From Mustelus asterias (taxonomy: Eukaryota): a stretch of 64,000 nt of DNA. The position numbers and the translations under genes are program-made. A model generated the notes under the pieces. That model was not told the origin of the DNA. It saw only the letters and a list, made by a program, of their open reading frames with translations, and searched no databases. Location: contig NC_135823.1 in assembly GCF_964213995.1 (NCBI RefSeq), positions 26,040,001-26,104,000 of the forward strand. Direction: 5' to 3'. Of this stretch, positions 34,651 to 46,630 are shown one piece after another (positions within the stretch are counted from its first letter, which is position 1; each line of letters opens with the position of its first letter).

Positions 34651-36185
34651 TTTGTCTTGCCTAGTGCTCCCACACAGTGACGTGGCGTTGCTCTCTCTTC
34701 CCTGTACCTCTTGTAGTTGAGCAGACAGCATTTCTTGAGATCTGAAAGCAGAAAATCAGAAAGAAAAAGTTGGGGAGTGTAAAGCATGAGCTCCCATGGT
34801 TACATTATCCACAGCTTGCACATGTCATAAAGCAGGGTGAGGTGTGAGTTGAGAAGACATGCGCTCAATCTGAATGTTCATGGTGATAACAGATGCTACA
34901 GATTTAGTGCTGCCGACACTGTGATGTACTCTAGCATCTCCACTGCTGGTTTCAGGGGTGAAGCCATGCATGTCTCACCAGGGTTCAACCTTGCCACATT
35001 CTTTTGTAGGTAGCTTTTGTCCTGAAAGAGCGAGGGCAGAATGTCAGTGATTGTGGTGCACTGTGTTTGAGTGATGTGTTTGCCACAGTTAAGTAGCTGG
35101 AAGTAGATGGAAGAATTGAGAGGTGGGTGTGAGACTGACAGCATTGGTTAGTGTGTGAGTGTGAAGTGAAATGTCTGCATGTTAGGCATGATGGATGAGT
35201 AGTGGGGTCCAACAGGGATCCCAGGATCCCTGTTCCCATTCCCTTTGGAAGATGCTCCTTCCCCCATGAAAACATGGCCTCCCCCCTCCTCTTGATCTCC
35301 ATGGTGCCCAGTGCTGTATTCTAACTGTGGAGATCTCTCTCTGCCCTGGTTCTCCATTTCCCTTTCTTCCAATTGCAGCACAGGCAGCAGCAGACTCCTT
35401 TCAGTCAGTGCGGATTCTCTTTCAGAGCTGGATGCTAGTGGAAACACATACTGATCTCACACTGTTAGGCCCTGTGTAGAACATCCAGTCAGCCAGTAGC
35501 ACTGAATGTGTTGAGCTGCAAGCTGAAATGATTCAAATGAGGAGGCAGCATGAAGTTGCAATGCTCCCTGTCTCATTGGGGACGGGCTCAGGCAGATCGT
35601 GTTCCCGAAACAGGTGTGAACAAAATTTTTAACCAACAGAGTCACTGGTGAAGGTGTAAAATAATGGTGTTATAAGAATAATAACAGAACTGAGATTTTG
35701 AAATCAACAGAAAATGCTCAACTTTTACTCTAGGAAGGCTGAGGGATAACCTGAAAGGGGTCTTTAACAATATGAAAGGGTTTTACAGGGTAATCATGGA
35801 GATGTTTTCAGCGTGGCAATATTTTGAAGAGTACTGGAGTTGTCCCCAAGGTCCTGGCCAGTATATATTCTTCAACATTCAAAACAGATTATCTGGTCAT
35901 TATCTTGTGGGAACTTGCTGTGAGCGTTTTGACTGCCACATTTCTATATTGCAACAGTGACTGCATTTCAAAAGTACTTCATTGGCTGTAAAACATTATT
36001 TTATATATATGTTTGGGAGATATGAAAAGTGATGTGTAAAAGACAGTCTTATTTTCTGATGTGAAGCAAAAATGCCAGCATAGACCAGTTGGGCTGAATG
36101 GCCTGTTGTGTTCTGCCCCAGGGACAACTAGCAAAGAGAGAGAATATTTATTTCAGCTCTAACAGAGACATTTCTCTTCTGCCAG

Positions 36186-36334
36186 TATCTTCAGAGCGTA
36201 CAGTATGGATGTGATCACCTGCACTGCGTTCAGTGTAGATGTCGACTCCCTCAACAACCCCAATGACCTATTTATCAGAAACATCAAGAAAGTAACAGAA
36301 TTCAGTACCTTTGACCCTGCACTTATTTTTGCTT
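36186..36334 (+). pseudogene. CYP3A: Copy B exon 7 (IFRAYSMDVITCTAFSVDVDSLNNPNDLF...)
   Basis: 149 bp, AG/GT, AYSMDVIT..F.V..DSLNNP signature. Confidence 0.93.
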
Positions 36335-36440
36335 GTAAGTGATTCAAAATTATTGCTTTGCTTTAGTTGAGTTAGCGTAGTATTTTTTTCTCTTCTGTTG
36401 AGGGGATATCTTGGTTACTCTGTTCACACAGGGTCGCACA

Positions 36441-36500
36441 TCCCTTTCTGCTGAGGGTCCCGCGTCCCTTACTGCTGAGGGTCCCGCGTCCCTTACTGCC
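36441..36500. repeat. 24-bp tandem repeat, ~2.5 copies
   Basis: tcccttactgctgagggtcccgcg repeated. Confidence 0.8.
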
Positions 36501-36632
36501 GTGTTACCATTTCACGCTTCCAGCAACCTTATGGAAAGATCTTTTGAGCTAAAAATGGAGAGGCAAGTCTAACAGCAAAACCATTAGGTGCCTGGCTACA
36601 TCTAGACCTAGCTCAATGAGTTTTGCCTATTT

Positions 36633-37345
36633 AGAACATAGAAAAACTACAGCATAAACAGGCCCTTCAGCCCACAAGTTGCGCCGGTCATGTCCCTACC
36701 TACCTAGGCGCATAAATAGACTTTCCTATAACCCTCAATCTTATTAAGTTCCATGTACTCATCCAGAAGTCTCTTAAAAGACCCTATCGCATTTGCCTCC
36801 ACCACCACTGACGGCAGCTGATTCCACTCACCCACCACCCTCTGAGTGAAAAACTTACCCCTGACATCTCCTCTGTACCTACTCCCCAGCACCTTAAACC
36901 TGTGTCCTCTCGTAGCAGCCATTTCCACCCTGGGAAAAAGCCTCCGAGAATCCACCCGATCTATACCTCTCAACATCTTGTACACCTCTATCAGGTCACC
37001 TCTCATCCTTCGTCTCTCCAAGGAGAAAAGACCGAGCTCCCTCAGCCTATCCTCATAAGGCATGCCAACCAATCGAGGCAACATCCTTGTAAATCTTCTC
37101 TGCACTCTTTCAATCATTTCCACATCCCTCCTGTAATGAGGCGACCAGAGCTGAGCACAGTACTCCAAGTGGGGTCTGACAAGGGTCTTATAAAGCTGCA
37201 TCATTATCCCCGGACTCCTAAACTCAATCCCTCGATTGATGAAGGCCAGCACACCATACGCCTTCTTAACTACCTCCTCTACCTGCGAGGCCGATTTAAG
37301 AGTCCTATGGACCCAGACCCCAAGGTCCTTCTGATCCTCTACATT
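36633..37345 (-). mobile_element. CR1 LINE 3' fragment
   Basis: LYKTLVRPHLEYC, ERVQRRFTRM, LERRRMRGDLIEVYK. Confidence 0.92.
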
Positions 37346-37865
37346 TGAACCCATGATTCTCTAATCTCACAATTTAACTGTCTACACCAATCTGAGAATA
37401 TACATTGACATTTCATCCTGGGAAAGCTTTGAGCTTGTGGAAGTTCAGAATCTACGTCAGTGGGTTTGTCTCTGAGTCAAAAGATTGTAGCTTTGAAAAC
37501 ATCATCCAGGTGCATAGTCCTGTGTAGAACTCAGGAAGCACAGCACTATCAGAAATAATCTCTTTTGGGTAAAATGTTAAAGTGAGGTCTCATTTGTATT
37601 CCCAGGTTGCTGTAAAAGCTCCCATATTATGGGAGTTTTTACAGTTTCTTAATCAACATATATTCTTTAATCGACTTTCTGTATCTCTTTCTCTTTTCTC
37701 ACTCTCTTTTTTGCGCTTTCTCTTTTTCTCTCTCTTCCTCTCGTGCTTTGTCTCTCTTTCTCTGTCTTTCTCTCACACTTTGCCTTACCCCCTTTCTATA
37801 CCTGTCTGCAGGGTTACAGCAATCGCTCATCAATGTATGATTCTGGACTTTTTCCTTTGTTCTAG

Positions 37866-37981
37866 TTCTTTTTCCAATCCTGGAAAAGCTTGGATTCAAC
37901 ACCTTCCCCAGGGATGCAAATGAATTTTCCATGAGCGTTTTGTCAGATTTGAAGGCAAAGAGACAAAAGGGAGTGCATGCT
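37866..37981 (+). pseudogene. CYP3A: Copy B exon 8 (LFPILEKLGFNTFPRDANEF...), donor GT changed to GG, apparent 12-bp deletion
   Basis: 116 bp followed by gggagt instead of gtgagt. Confidence 0.8.
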
Positions 37982-38954
37982 GGGAGTGTTAAACTAACTG
38001 TTGGTACCAGCACCAATGCTGCGCCTCTCCCACCCTCAACACTGACCTTTTCCTAATTTATTCTCACAACTAGATAGGAAGTGGCTACAACAACATTGCT
38101 ACGGGTAGCCGGTGAATATTGTGTTCCTTTACAGTTACTGAAGTTTAGCAGGTAGGGTGTACAGTTTGTGTTCAGTCTGGGTGCAGACTGCTCTACAGTC
38201 AATGGAATTGCTGGTGGGTTTCTCCAGCCTCCCACTGGAAAGTGGAAATGGCAGGGATGGTGGCTGCTTTCACCCTTTCTCTTGGGCTTTGGCTGAGGTT
38301 ACAGTGGGAGATCAGGAGAGTCTATGATAGACCTATCCAAATTTTTTTGGTGGGGCAGGGATGCACATTTGCATATTTTTCTCACTCAAGGGGCCGATGA
38401 GCCTATTCCAGAAAGATGAGGCTGAATTTCAAAAAGAAGTTTGAGGTTTTAAGGAAAGCAAGAATTGCTGAGCTAAAGTACAGCAATATCTCAGTAATAA
38501 ATTAACTTTGAAAAAGACTGAGTAAATACAAATGTCCGGAGGATGCGAGGGTTAGTGCGTATATATGAACAACTTGACCTCGTCCTCCCCAGGCTCCAGC
38601 CCCGCCATTGCCTTGCTTCCCTTGACCCAGCAGCCCTCAGCATACACGCACTAATGCCAATGTTCGCTGCTCCGCCAATCAGAGACTGTTTCTCTCCCCC
38701 ATTTGCAGCTGATAGGCAGACAGAAGCAAAAACAGGAGAGAAATGGGCCTTGATTTGGAGGGGCAGCTTAATGAAGAATCTTCCTTTCAAACACCTCTTT
38801 GGCTGGGATTTTGTAAAATTGGTGCCAGAGGCTGGATATACTCGGAATTGAACCCAGGTTCCCAGCACCATGAGGCAGCAGTGCTAACTACTATGCCAGT
38901 GTGCCACACACTAAATCCAGCAAATCCAGAGCACTGGATAAAGAGAAAAGCGGA

Positions 38955-40940
38955 GGCCGGATACACCCGGAGCGGTTTTGCAGGACAGGTACGCCCGGAG
39001 CGGTTTTGCGGGCCAGATACGCCCGGAGCGGTTTTACGGGCCAGATACGCCCGGAGCGGTTTTGCAGGTGGGATGCACCCGGAGCGGTTTTGCGGGCCGG
39101 ATACGCCCGGAGCGGTTTTGCGGGCCGGATACGCCCGGAGCAGTTTTGCGGGCCGGATACACCCGGAGCGGTTTTGCGGGCTGGATACGCCCGGAGCGCT
39201 TTTGCGGGCCGGATACGCCCAGAGCGGTTTTGCGGATGGGATACGCCCGGAGCGGTTTTGCAGGCCGGATACGCCCGGAGCGGCTTTTGTCAGCCGGGAT
39301 ACACCCGGAGCTGTTTTGCGGGCCGGATACGCCCGGAGCGCTTTTTCGGGCGGATACGCCCGGAGCGGTTTTGCAGGCGGGATACGCCCAGAGCTGTTTT
39401 GCAGGTCGGATACGCCCGGAGCGCTTTTGCAGGCGGGATACGCCCAGAGCTGTTTTGCAGGCCGGATACACCCGGAGCGCTTTTGCGGGCGGATACGCCC
39501 AGAGCGCTTTTGCGGGTGGGATACGCCCGGAGCGGTTTTGCAGGCCGGATACGCCCGGAGCGGCTTTTGTCAGCCGGGATACACCCGGAGCTGTTTTGCG
39601 GGCCGGATACGCCCGGAGCGCTTTTTCGGGCGGATACGCCCGGAGCGGTTTTGCAGGCGGGATACGCCCAGAGCTGTTTTGCAGGCCGGATACGCCCAGA
39701 GCGCTTTTGCAGGCGGGATACGCCCAGAGCTGTTTTGCACGCAGGATACACCCGGAGCGCTTTTGCGGGCGGATACGCCTGGAGCGGCTTTTGTCAGCCG
39801 GGATACGCCCAGGGCTGTTTTGCGGGCCGGATACGCCCGGAGCGCTTTTGCGGGCGGAAACGCCCGGAGCGGTTTTGCGGGCTGGATACGCCCGGAGGGG
39901 TTTTGCGGGCCGGATACGCCCGGAGGGGTTTTGCGGGCCGGATACGCCCGGAGGGGTTTGCGGGCCGGACACGCCCAGAGCGGTTTTGCGGATGGGATAC
40001 GCCCGGAGCGGTTTTGCAGGCCGGATACGCCCGGAGCGGCTTTTGTCAGCCGGGATACACCCGGAGCTGTTTTGCGGGCCGGATACGCCCGGAGCGCTTT
40101 TTCGGGCGGATACGCCCGGAGCGGTTTTGCAGGCGGGATACGCCCAGAGCTGTTTTGCAGGCCGGATACACCCGGAGCGCTTTTGCGGGCGGATACGCCC
40201 AGAGCGGTTTTGCGGGTGGGATACGCCCGGAGCGGTTTTGCAGGCCGGATACGCCCGGAGCGGCTTTTGTCAGCCGGGATACACCCGGAGCTGTTTTGCG
40301 GGCCGGATACGCCCGGAGCGCTTTTTCGGGCGGATACGCCCGGAGCGGTTTTGCAGGCGGGATACGCCCAGAGCTGTTTTGCAGGCCGGATACACCCGGA
40401 GCGCTTTTGCGGGCGGATACGCCCAGAGCGCTTTTGCGGGTGGGATACGCCCGGAGCGGTTTTGCAGGCCGGATACGCCCGGAGCGGCTTTTGTCAGTCG
40501 GGATACACCCGGAGCTGTTTTGCGGGCCGGATACGCCCGGAGCGCTTTTTCGGGCGGATACGCCCGGAGCGGTTTTGCAGGCGGGATACGCCCAGAGCTG
40601 TTTTGCAGGCCGGATACGCCCGGAGCGCTTTTGCAGGCGGGATACGCCCAGAGCTGTTTTGCACGCAGGATACACCCGGAGCGCTTTTGCGGGCGGATAC
40701 GCCTGGAGCGGCTTTTGTCAGCCGGGATACGCCCAGGGCTGTTTTGCGGGCCGGATACGCCCGGAGCGCTTTTGCGGGCGGAAACGCCCGGAGCGGTTTT
40801 GCGGGCCGGATACGCCCGGAGGGGTTTGCGGGCCGGATACACCCAGAGCGGTTTTGCAGGCGGGATACGCCTGGAGCGGTTTTGCGGGCAGGATACGCCT
40901 GGAGTGCCTTTGTGGGCTGGATAAGGCTGGAGCAGTTTGC
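38955..40940. repeat. CpG-rich 28-bp tandem satellite (~70 units; gccggatacgcccggagcggttttgcgg) with higher-order structure
   Basis: Direct reading; the variant cggcttttgt recurs at 39281, 39561, 39785, 40037, 40261, 40485 and 40709. Confidence 0.97.
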
Positions 40941-41466
40941 AGACTGAATGCAGCCCACTGGCTTTACTTTCGACAAACCTGGTCTACAAAACATCTGCAC
41001 AGCATGTTTAAGCTACAACATTTTCTTTTCAAAGCCCGGGACGCAGTGCATTTTCAAAAAAAAGATGCCAGATTATCTGTTAATAGCCTCATTTAAAGAG
41101 GATGTTGGGGAGGGAAGACAATAGATGAGAATATCTGTAACCTTGATGTGAATGAAAGCTGTCGGATATTTTCTTAGTCAACATCCATTAGAATTCTTAT
41201 GTTAAATTGTATTTAAGTGACAGCCTCAATTATTCCATCTGCTTTCCAAATTTGTCTTTGAGCAGATATGAATGGGTGACAGTCTCGACTGCTCTTCTCT
41301 GTGGAGAGTCCTGGGTGGGTTTTGCTTCCAGCATCTCTGGAGGAAACACGCTCTACTTCCCCCTTTGCACCTCTCTGGAATTGCAGGATCTGGGACTTGC
41401 CTTCTAAGAAACCTGTTTGTGTGCTGTCATAGCTGAGTCCTCACATGGTTCTTGTTGAATTCTCAG

Positions 41467-41560
41467 GATCGGGTGGATTTTCTGCAGCTGATGGTTGATT
41501 TTCAAATGACCGAAACCAGCTCCCAGAATCAGGATGATGTCAGCAAGTCAACAGACAAAG
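41467..41560 (+). pseudogene. CYP3A: Copy B exon 9 (DRVDFLQLMVDFQ...)
   Basis: RVDFLQLM motif, AG/GT bounded. Confidence 0.9.
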
Positions 41561-41874
41561 GTACCATCAGTGGAAAGTTTCTCATTCCCCTCATCCTTGT
41601 TTCTTTCTGTTCCTGAAATTAACGCTCACTCCTCACTTTATTATTGTTCCTCTCTCTCTGGTTTTCCCATACCCTACCTGACTGACAGTTCGGGCAAGGG
41701 ATCCACTCCCAGATCCTTAAAACCCAGTGAGGAGCATGTGAGAACATTCTGCCAGGGGGAGGTGTGTGTCTAACCCCTGCTGGAATTAATTGTTCTTTTT
41801 ACTCCAGTGTGAATTTCCTGGTGTCTGATTGGTGATTCTGCCCAATCATGGGACTGAGATTGGGAACTGAGTAG

Positions 41875-42544
41875 TGTGATGATACTGTGCCTTTAAAAGA
41901 TATATTTGTATCATGTTTCTTGTGAAGGGGCTGTTTTATACTTAAGCTCTGATGATGGTACAGATTGTCTGCAACTGGCAGACCACATGCTAAGCATGCA
42001 GTAGAATAATTGCTCCTAGTTAATGGAGTTTTTCTATTAATTTGAGCAAATGCATTTTTGTTATTTTTAGGGCTTTCCCCTGAGGTGTTAGTGTGGGGTT
42101 TAATTAGATTGATTGGAAAGAAGAGAGACTCATGTGAATGGGTGGAGCTAGGCTTAGAGATAGACAAGTGGGCAGTTGCTGTTTGAATTTGAATGGAGCA
42201 GCAGCTCTTTCTCTCTCCCCTTCCCTCTCTGGAAATTAAAGTCTGGGAGCTAATGCCTATGAGGAATATTGCTTAAATTGGTACTGATAGAGATAACTGG
42301 CAGTTAAGAATTGTACCTTGTCATGTTTAAGTACTTCAATTGGTAACAGTTATGCTAATTATTTTTGTTACAGTTAAACTGTATTGTTAATTAAGGTTTG
42401 CTTTAATAAAAGCTTCCTAGTGGGTCAATTGAATCACATCTGGAGTGAAGCACCTTGTGCTCACACTAATGCCAAAATCAAAAACAGTCGGTGTCTAAGC
42501 TAACTTCTTCATATACTTTGGAGTTTCCAATCTGGTCCCTAAGA
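41875..42544 (+). mobile_element. Solo LTR, same family as 26530-27518
   Basis: Shared termini and internal blocks; flanks gtag/gtcg. A more distant relative lies at ~49891-50410. Confidence 0.68.
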
Positions 42545-42802
42545 GTCGTGCAGGGATATCGAGAGACACATTAGTCATCCTTATACCCTTGTGTGTCTGG
42601 GCACTGAGGTCAGCACTAGTGTTTAATTTGATGTTCCTAACATGCTTATTGGACACCTTGAGTTATCTGTGTCATTATTCTTAACAGCTAACAATTGGTG
42701 TTTCGAGATATTTCGAGATATTTCGAAAACACAATATTTTAACCTTCTGTGTTTATCAGGTGAATTTTGTGACCCATATTCGATACTTCTGGTTCTCTGC
42801 AG

Positions 42803-42963
42803 GTCTGACTGACGCGGAGATTCTGGCACAAACTCTGACCTTTATCTTTGCCGAGTATGAGACCAGTAGCAGCACATTGTCATTTGCTGCATACAATCTG
42901 GCGATGCACCCAGACGGACAGAAGAAACTGCAGCACGAAATCGATGAGGCTTTTCCAAACAAA
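42803..42963 (+). pseudogene. CYP3A: Copy B exon 10 (I-helix; [10 protein letters not shown])
   Basis: 161 bp, AG/GT; the conserved AGYET motif reads AEYET. Confidence 0.93.
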
Positions 42964-44514
42964 GTGAGTCCTTGAGAATGGACAAGAAAGAACTTGCATT
43001 TCACGATCCTGGGACATCCTGAAGCTCTTTATGGCTAATTTCTGAGTTGTGGTCACCATTGCGATGTAAAGTACGGCAGCCTCGTTACACACAGCAATGT
43101 GACAATAACCAGATACCTATTGCCCCGAGAACTCCCTCGCTGTTCAAGATCCTCCCATAAAATGTTTGATATCCAACTGAGAGAGGCCTCCATTTAAAAT
43201 CTCATCACAAAGACCTCAGTGCGGCACTGGTGTGTCTGCCTGGATGATTGTGCTCAAGTCTCGAGTGTTGATTTAAAACTACAATCTTCCGACCGAGGAG
43301 AGAGTGCTAGCAGCTGAGGCATGGCTGATGCTGAGACAGTTCATTTCCTGAGAACTGACTGGTGATAAGGAAACTTTATTTGCTGAGAGCATTTACTGAG
43401 GAAAGTAATGAGCATTCTGCTTACTTGCGATTTTCCAATTTTTGACTTCAATAGTACGACTCAGGGAATTTCCCCCAGGGCAATGAATGGAGCTCATTTC
43501 CTATTGGTGTATGCTCACCATCAGCTTCCTGGACTTTTTTATTGTTTTCAAATGTCCACAATGTGCTGTGTTTAGTGGGCTTTAAGACAATGACATGTCT
43601 TCAATGTTTGTAGGGAGGAAGGGAACAGTGAGGAGAGCCGTGCTTATCCTATTGATGATGATGATGAGCACCCTTGAAGCGAATGACCTCACTGACATTG
43701 TATTCCATGCTGCACTGTGGTGTCCAATATCCCTGGATCCTCTTCACTTCATTCTGCTTTCTCCTTCCATTTGTTAACTCGAAACCACCTCCACTGCCCC
43801 ACCTCCATTTGCCACTCTTCTTTGAATGATTTTCCCATTTCCTCCACTGCCCGCTCCTATTTAGACCTCCTTTGATCATTCTTTATCCCAAACAGACAAC
43901 ATTTAGACAATCTGTTCTCTGCTGTTCTGCATTGCTCTGAAATAGGAAAAATGAGAGATTGGCTATTCCTGTTGGAAAACTAAGTTTCTTTCACATACTT
44001 CACTCTCTACACCCAAGAGTGCCTGTTTCTGTCAGCCTTCCCAAATTTTGTCTTAACTTGGTTTAATCTTAATCAGTTTCCTGATCTGTGATTCCTTAAT
44101 GCCCACCTCTTTGGGTAACATTACATCACCGTTAGAGGCAAGTATGGAGACACCTGGGCTATAATTAGCATGCATATTGCATTTTAATCAGCTTGCCTCA
44201 GTTCTTGGTGTTTTGGCTAAATTGAATTGAATGGAATGTGTTTGAGTATATGCTGGCATCAACATTTCTAACCCAAGTAGATACAGCTGAAGTATTTGCT
44301 AAGGTGCTGAGGTTTATAATCTCACAATGACAGCTCTGCTTGATGCTTTTGATCATTATGAATTTAATGATGCTTGCTCTGTTCTCATGTTGCCCATGAC
44401 ATTTGGCACAGTGTTTACAGCACAGAGCCAGGTCACTGAGATGAACTGGTCCATGCCAATATTTATGCTCCTCCCCACTTTCTTTCTCTAACTCCATCAT
44501 ATCTATCTAAGTGT

Positions 44515-44643
44515 CCACTCACCTGATGAAGGGGCAGGACTCCGAAAGCTCGTGATACCAAATAAAACTGTTGGACTTTAACCCGGTGTTGTGAGACTTC
44601 TTACTGTGCCCACCCCAATCCAATGCCGGTATCTCCACATCAT
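44515..44643 (+). mobile_element. Penelope terminal-repeat fragment
   Basis: Matches 13605-13738. Confidence 0.8.
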
Positions 44644-44899
44644 ATTCAGGTCCCAGCCTTGGTCACCTTTTGACCATGTCTGTGTAATGCCTATTTTTCT
44701 CTATCTGTCTTAACAATCCATCCCTATTGTTCCGAATGCTATCTACATTCAGATGCAGGCCCTTTAAACCATTTTTAAACATTTTTGGTTTCATCTGCTG
44801 GTACACTCTTAAGATGTTCCATTCCTTTCTGTCTCATTACGCAAAGTGCTGCACCGCTCCATTACTTTGTTGTTTCCCTTCATCTCCTTTCACATAATC

Positions 44900-45400
44900 C
44901 CTCCCCCACTATTTAGTTTAAAGTTCTCTCTACCGCCCTAGTTATACAATTCACTAGAATACTGGTCCCAGTACAATTCAAGTATAAACCATCCCAAATG
45001 AACAGCTCACACCTTCCTCGGTACAGGTGCCAGTGCCCCATGAAAACCAAACCCATTTCTCCCACACCAATCTTTGAGCCCACTCTCTTATCTTATTTAC
45101 CCTTTACTTGTGGCTCAGGTAACTATCTAGACATTATTTCCTCTGAGGTTATTAATTTAATCCCAAGCTGTTTATACTCCCTATATGGAACCTCTTTCCT
45201 AATTATGTCTATGTTGTTGGTACGTACAAGGACCATGATCACAGGATCCTCACCCTCCCACTGCAAGTTCCTCTCCAGCCCGGAGCAGATATCTGGAACC
45301 AGATGGGCAACACATCTGTCTGGACCCATGCTCTTGACTGCATTGAACAGTATCTATCCGCCGACTATACTGTCTTCTATTTCTGCCACATTCCTTTTTT
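44900..45400 (-). mobile_element. CR1 ORF1 (SGNH esterase-like) relic
   Basis: LERNLQWEGEDPVIMVLVRTNNI resembles the CR1 ORF1 esterase block. Confidence 0.6.
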
Positions 45401-46253
45401 ATCCCCACATCATTTGAATGGCATCTTTCCCCTCTATGCATCCTCCAGCCAAATGTATTCATTAATTTGAATTCTCCAGCTCTATGCTGGGTTTTGTACT
45501 CATCTCTGGGAGCACCAGTGTACGGTTCTAGGTTACTGGCCCAGCAAAACTAACACTATGTTACCTTTGGGATCTGAAATGAGAGGTACTTTGGGATGTT
45601 ACCAAGTAGATGAATTGGGGTGGGCCAAGATTACAATACATTTAGGGATGAATTTATTCAGTGATGAATTTATATTGTGATTTTATGAAACAAATCCCTG
45701 ATGACCAAAGCAGATATTTAAATTCCTATTGACTGCTTTCTTTCCAGATTCTCTTTTCCAAGCATTCCATACACTTTATTCATGAACTGAATAATGAAAA
45801 TGATTGCTGTGAACTAGATAGAGATTGAATGGGAACAATTGTTATGGAACGCTGCACTCTTTAAGGGTGAAGGGCTCAATTTGGACTTATTGCCCAACAA
45901 TCAGGTTATTGTCTTTTCAGACTGGCCGGGTACTGTTTAGGCTCATTTTAAACTTGCAGTTCACTAACGTGCAAAGCACCTCAATTACCATCATGGCAAG
46001 ATGTCAGGGTGAGGACAGGATAAACGTCGACTGTGCTACTGTTCTCCACATTCGATTTATCTGGCAACACTCTGTAGTCCAGATTTGCATCGAGACTGTC
46101 TCCCACTGTCCAAGTAGCAGCAACTCAACAAAAAATCAGTAAGTGTAGGAATTACTGGGGTAAAATCAGAGTTTCAATTTTGAACTGTTGCATTCTCTAT
46201 CCACTCTGATTTCTAAGCAAATTTCACTTGTTTTGTCTTTGTCGATATGCCAG

Positions 46254-46411
46254 GTTCAGTAAGGAGAACAGGGAGTCTCGGGATCCCTGTGTGTTCCTAC
46301 CATTTGGGCCCTCGGAACTGCATCAGGATGAGATTTGCCCAACTTGCGATGAAGATGGCACTCACTTCATTCTTGCAACACTTGACCTTCGTGCCCTGCG
46401 AGGAGACACCG
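46254..46411 (+). pseudogene. CYP3A: Copy B exon 12 (heme-binding region), frameshifting deletion inside PFGxGPRNC and CIG changed to CIR
   Basis: FSKENRESRDPCVFLPFG in one frame and PRNCIRMRFA in another; 158 bp. Confidence 0.93.
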
Positions 46412-46543
46412 GTGAGAATTTTAATTGATTTATTTGTTGAAGTGAATACTGAGGGGAGGGAATAATGGGATGGACAGAACTATCCATTGCTGTAATAAAA
46501 CCTTCCTGTTGGCCTGGTACTACTACTGCTCTTTCTGTTTCAG

Positions 46544-46630
46544 ATCCCATTGGAACTGGATGTAACCGGATTCATGAAGCCTAAAAAACTCATATTCGCG
46601 AAATTTGTGCTACGTGTTAATACTGATTGA
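46544..46630 (+). pseudogene. CYP3A: Copy B terminal exon 13 (IPLELDVTGFMKPKKLIFAKFVLRVNTD*)
   Basis: tttcag acceptor, IPLEL start, TGA stop, AATAAA motifs downstream. Confidence 0.88.

Larger units (their letters stand above)
20138..46630 (+). pseudogene. CYP3A: CYP3A-like pseudogene (copy B): exons 2-10, 12 and 13; exon 1 absent, exon 11 not found
   Basis: Ordered CYP3A exons of expected size and phase, with frameshifts in exons 4, 5 and 12 and splice-site mutations at exons 3 and 8. Confidence 0.92.

Noticed and set aside
33830-35660. Possible Harbinger transposase relic
   Set aside because: Only a faint DKSY-like similarity; too degraded to support without a search.
37675-37775. Hydrophobic or charged ORFs over the CT-rich tract
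   Set aside because: Low-complexity (CT)n-like sequence upstream of exon 8.
38955-40940. CRISPR array or bacterial REP-like repeat
   Set aside because: Units are contiguous with no unique spacers, no cas genes are present, and the context is a vertebrate intron.
38743-41096. Long ORFs of 734, 731 and 648 aa plus antisense ORFs
   Set aside because: All three plus frames are open because the 28-bp unit lacks stop codons; these are satellite artefacts inside an intron.
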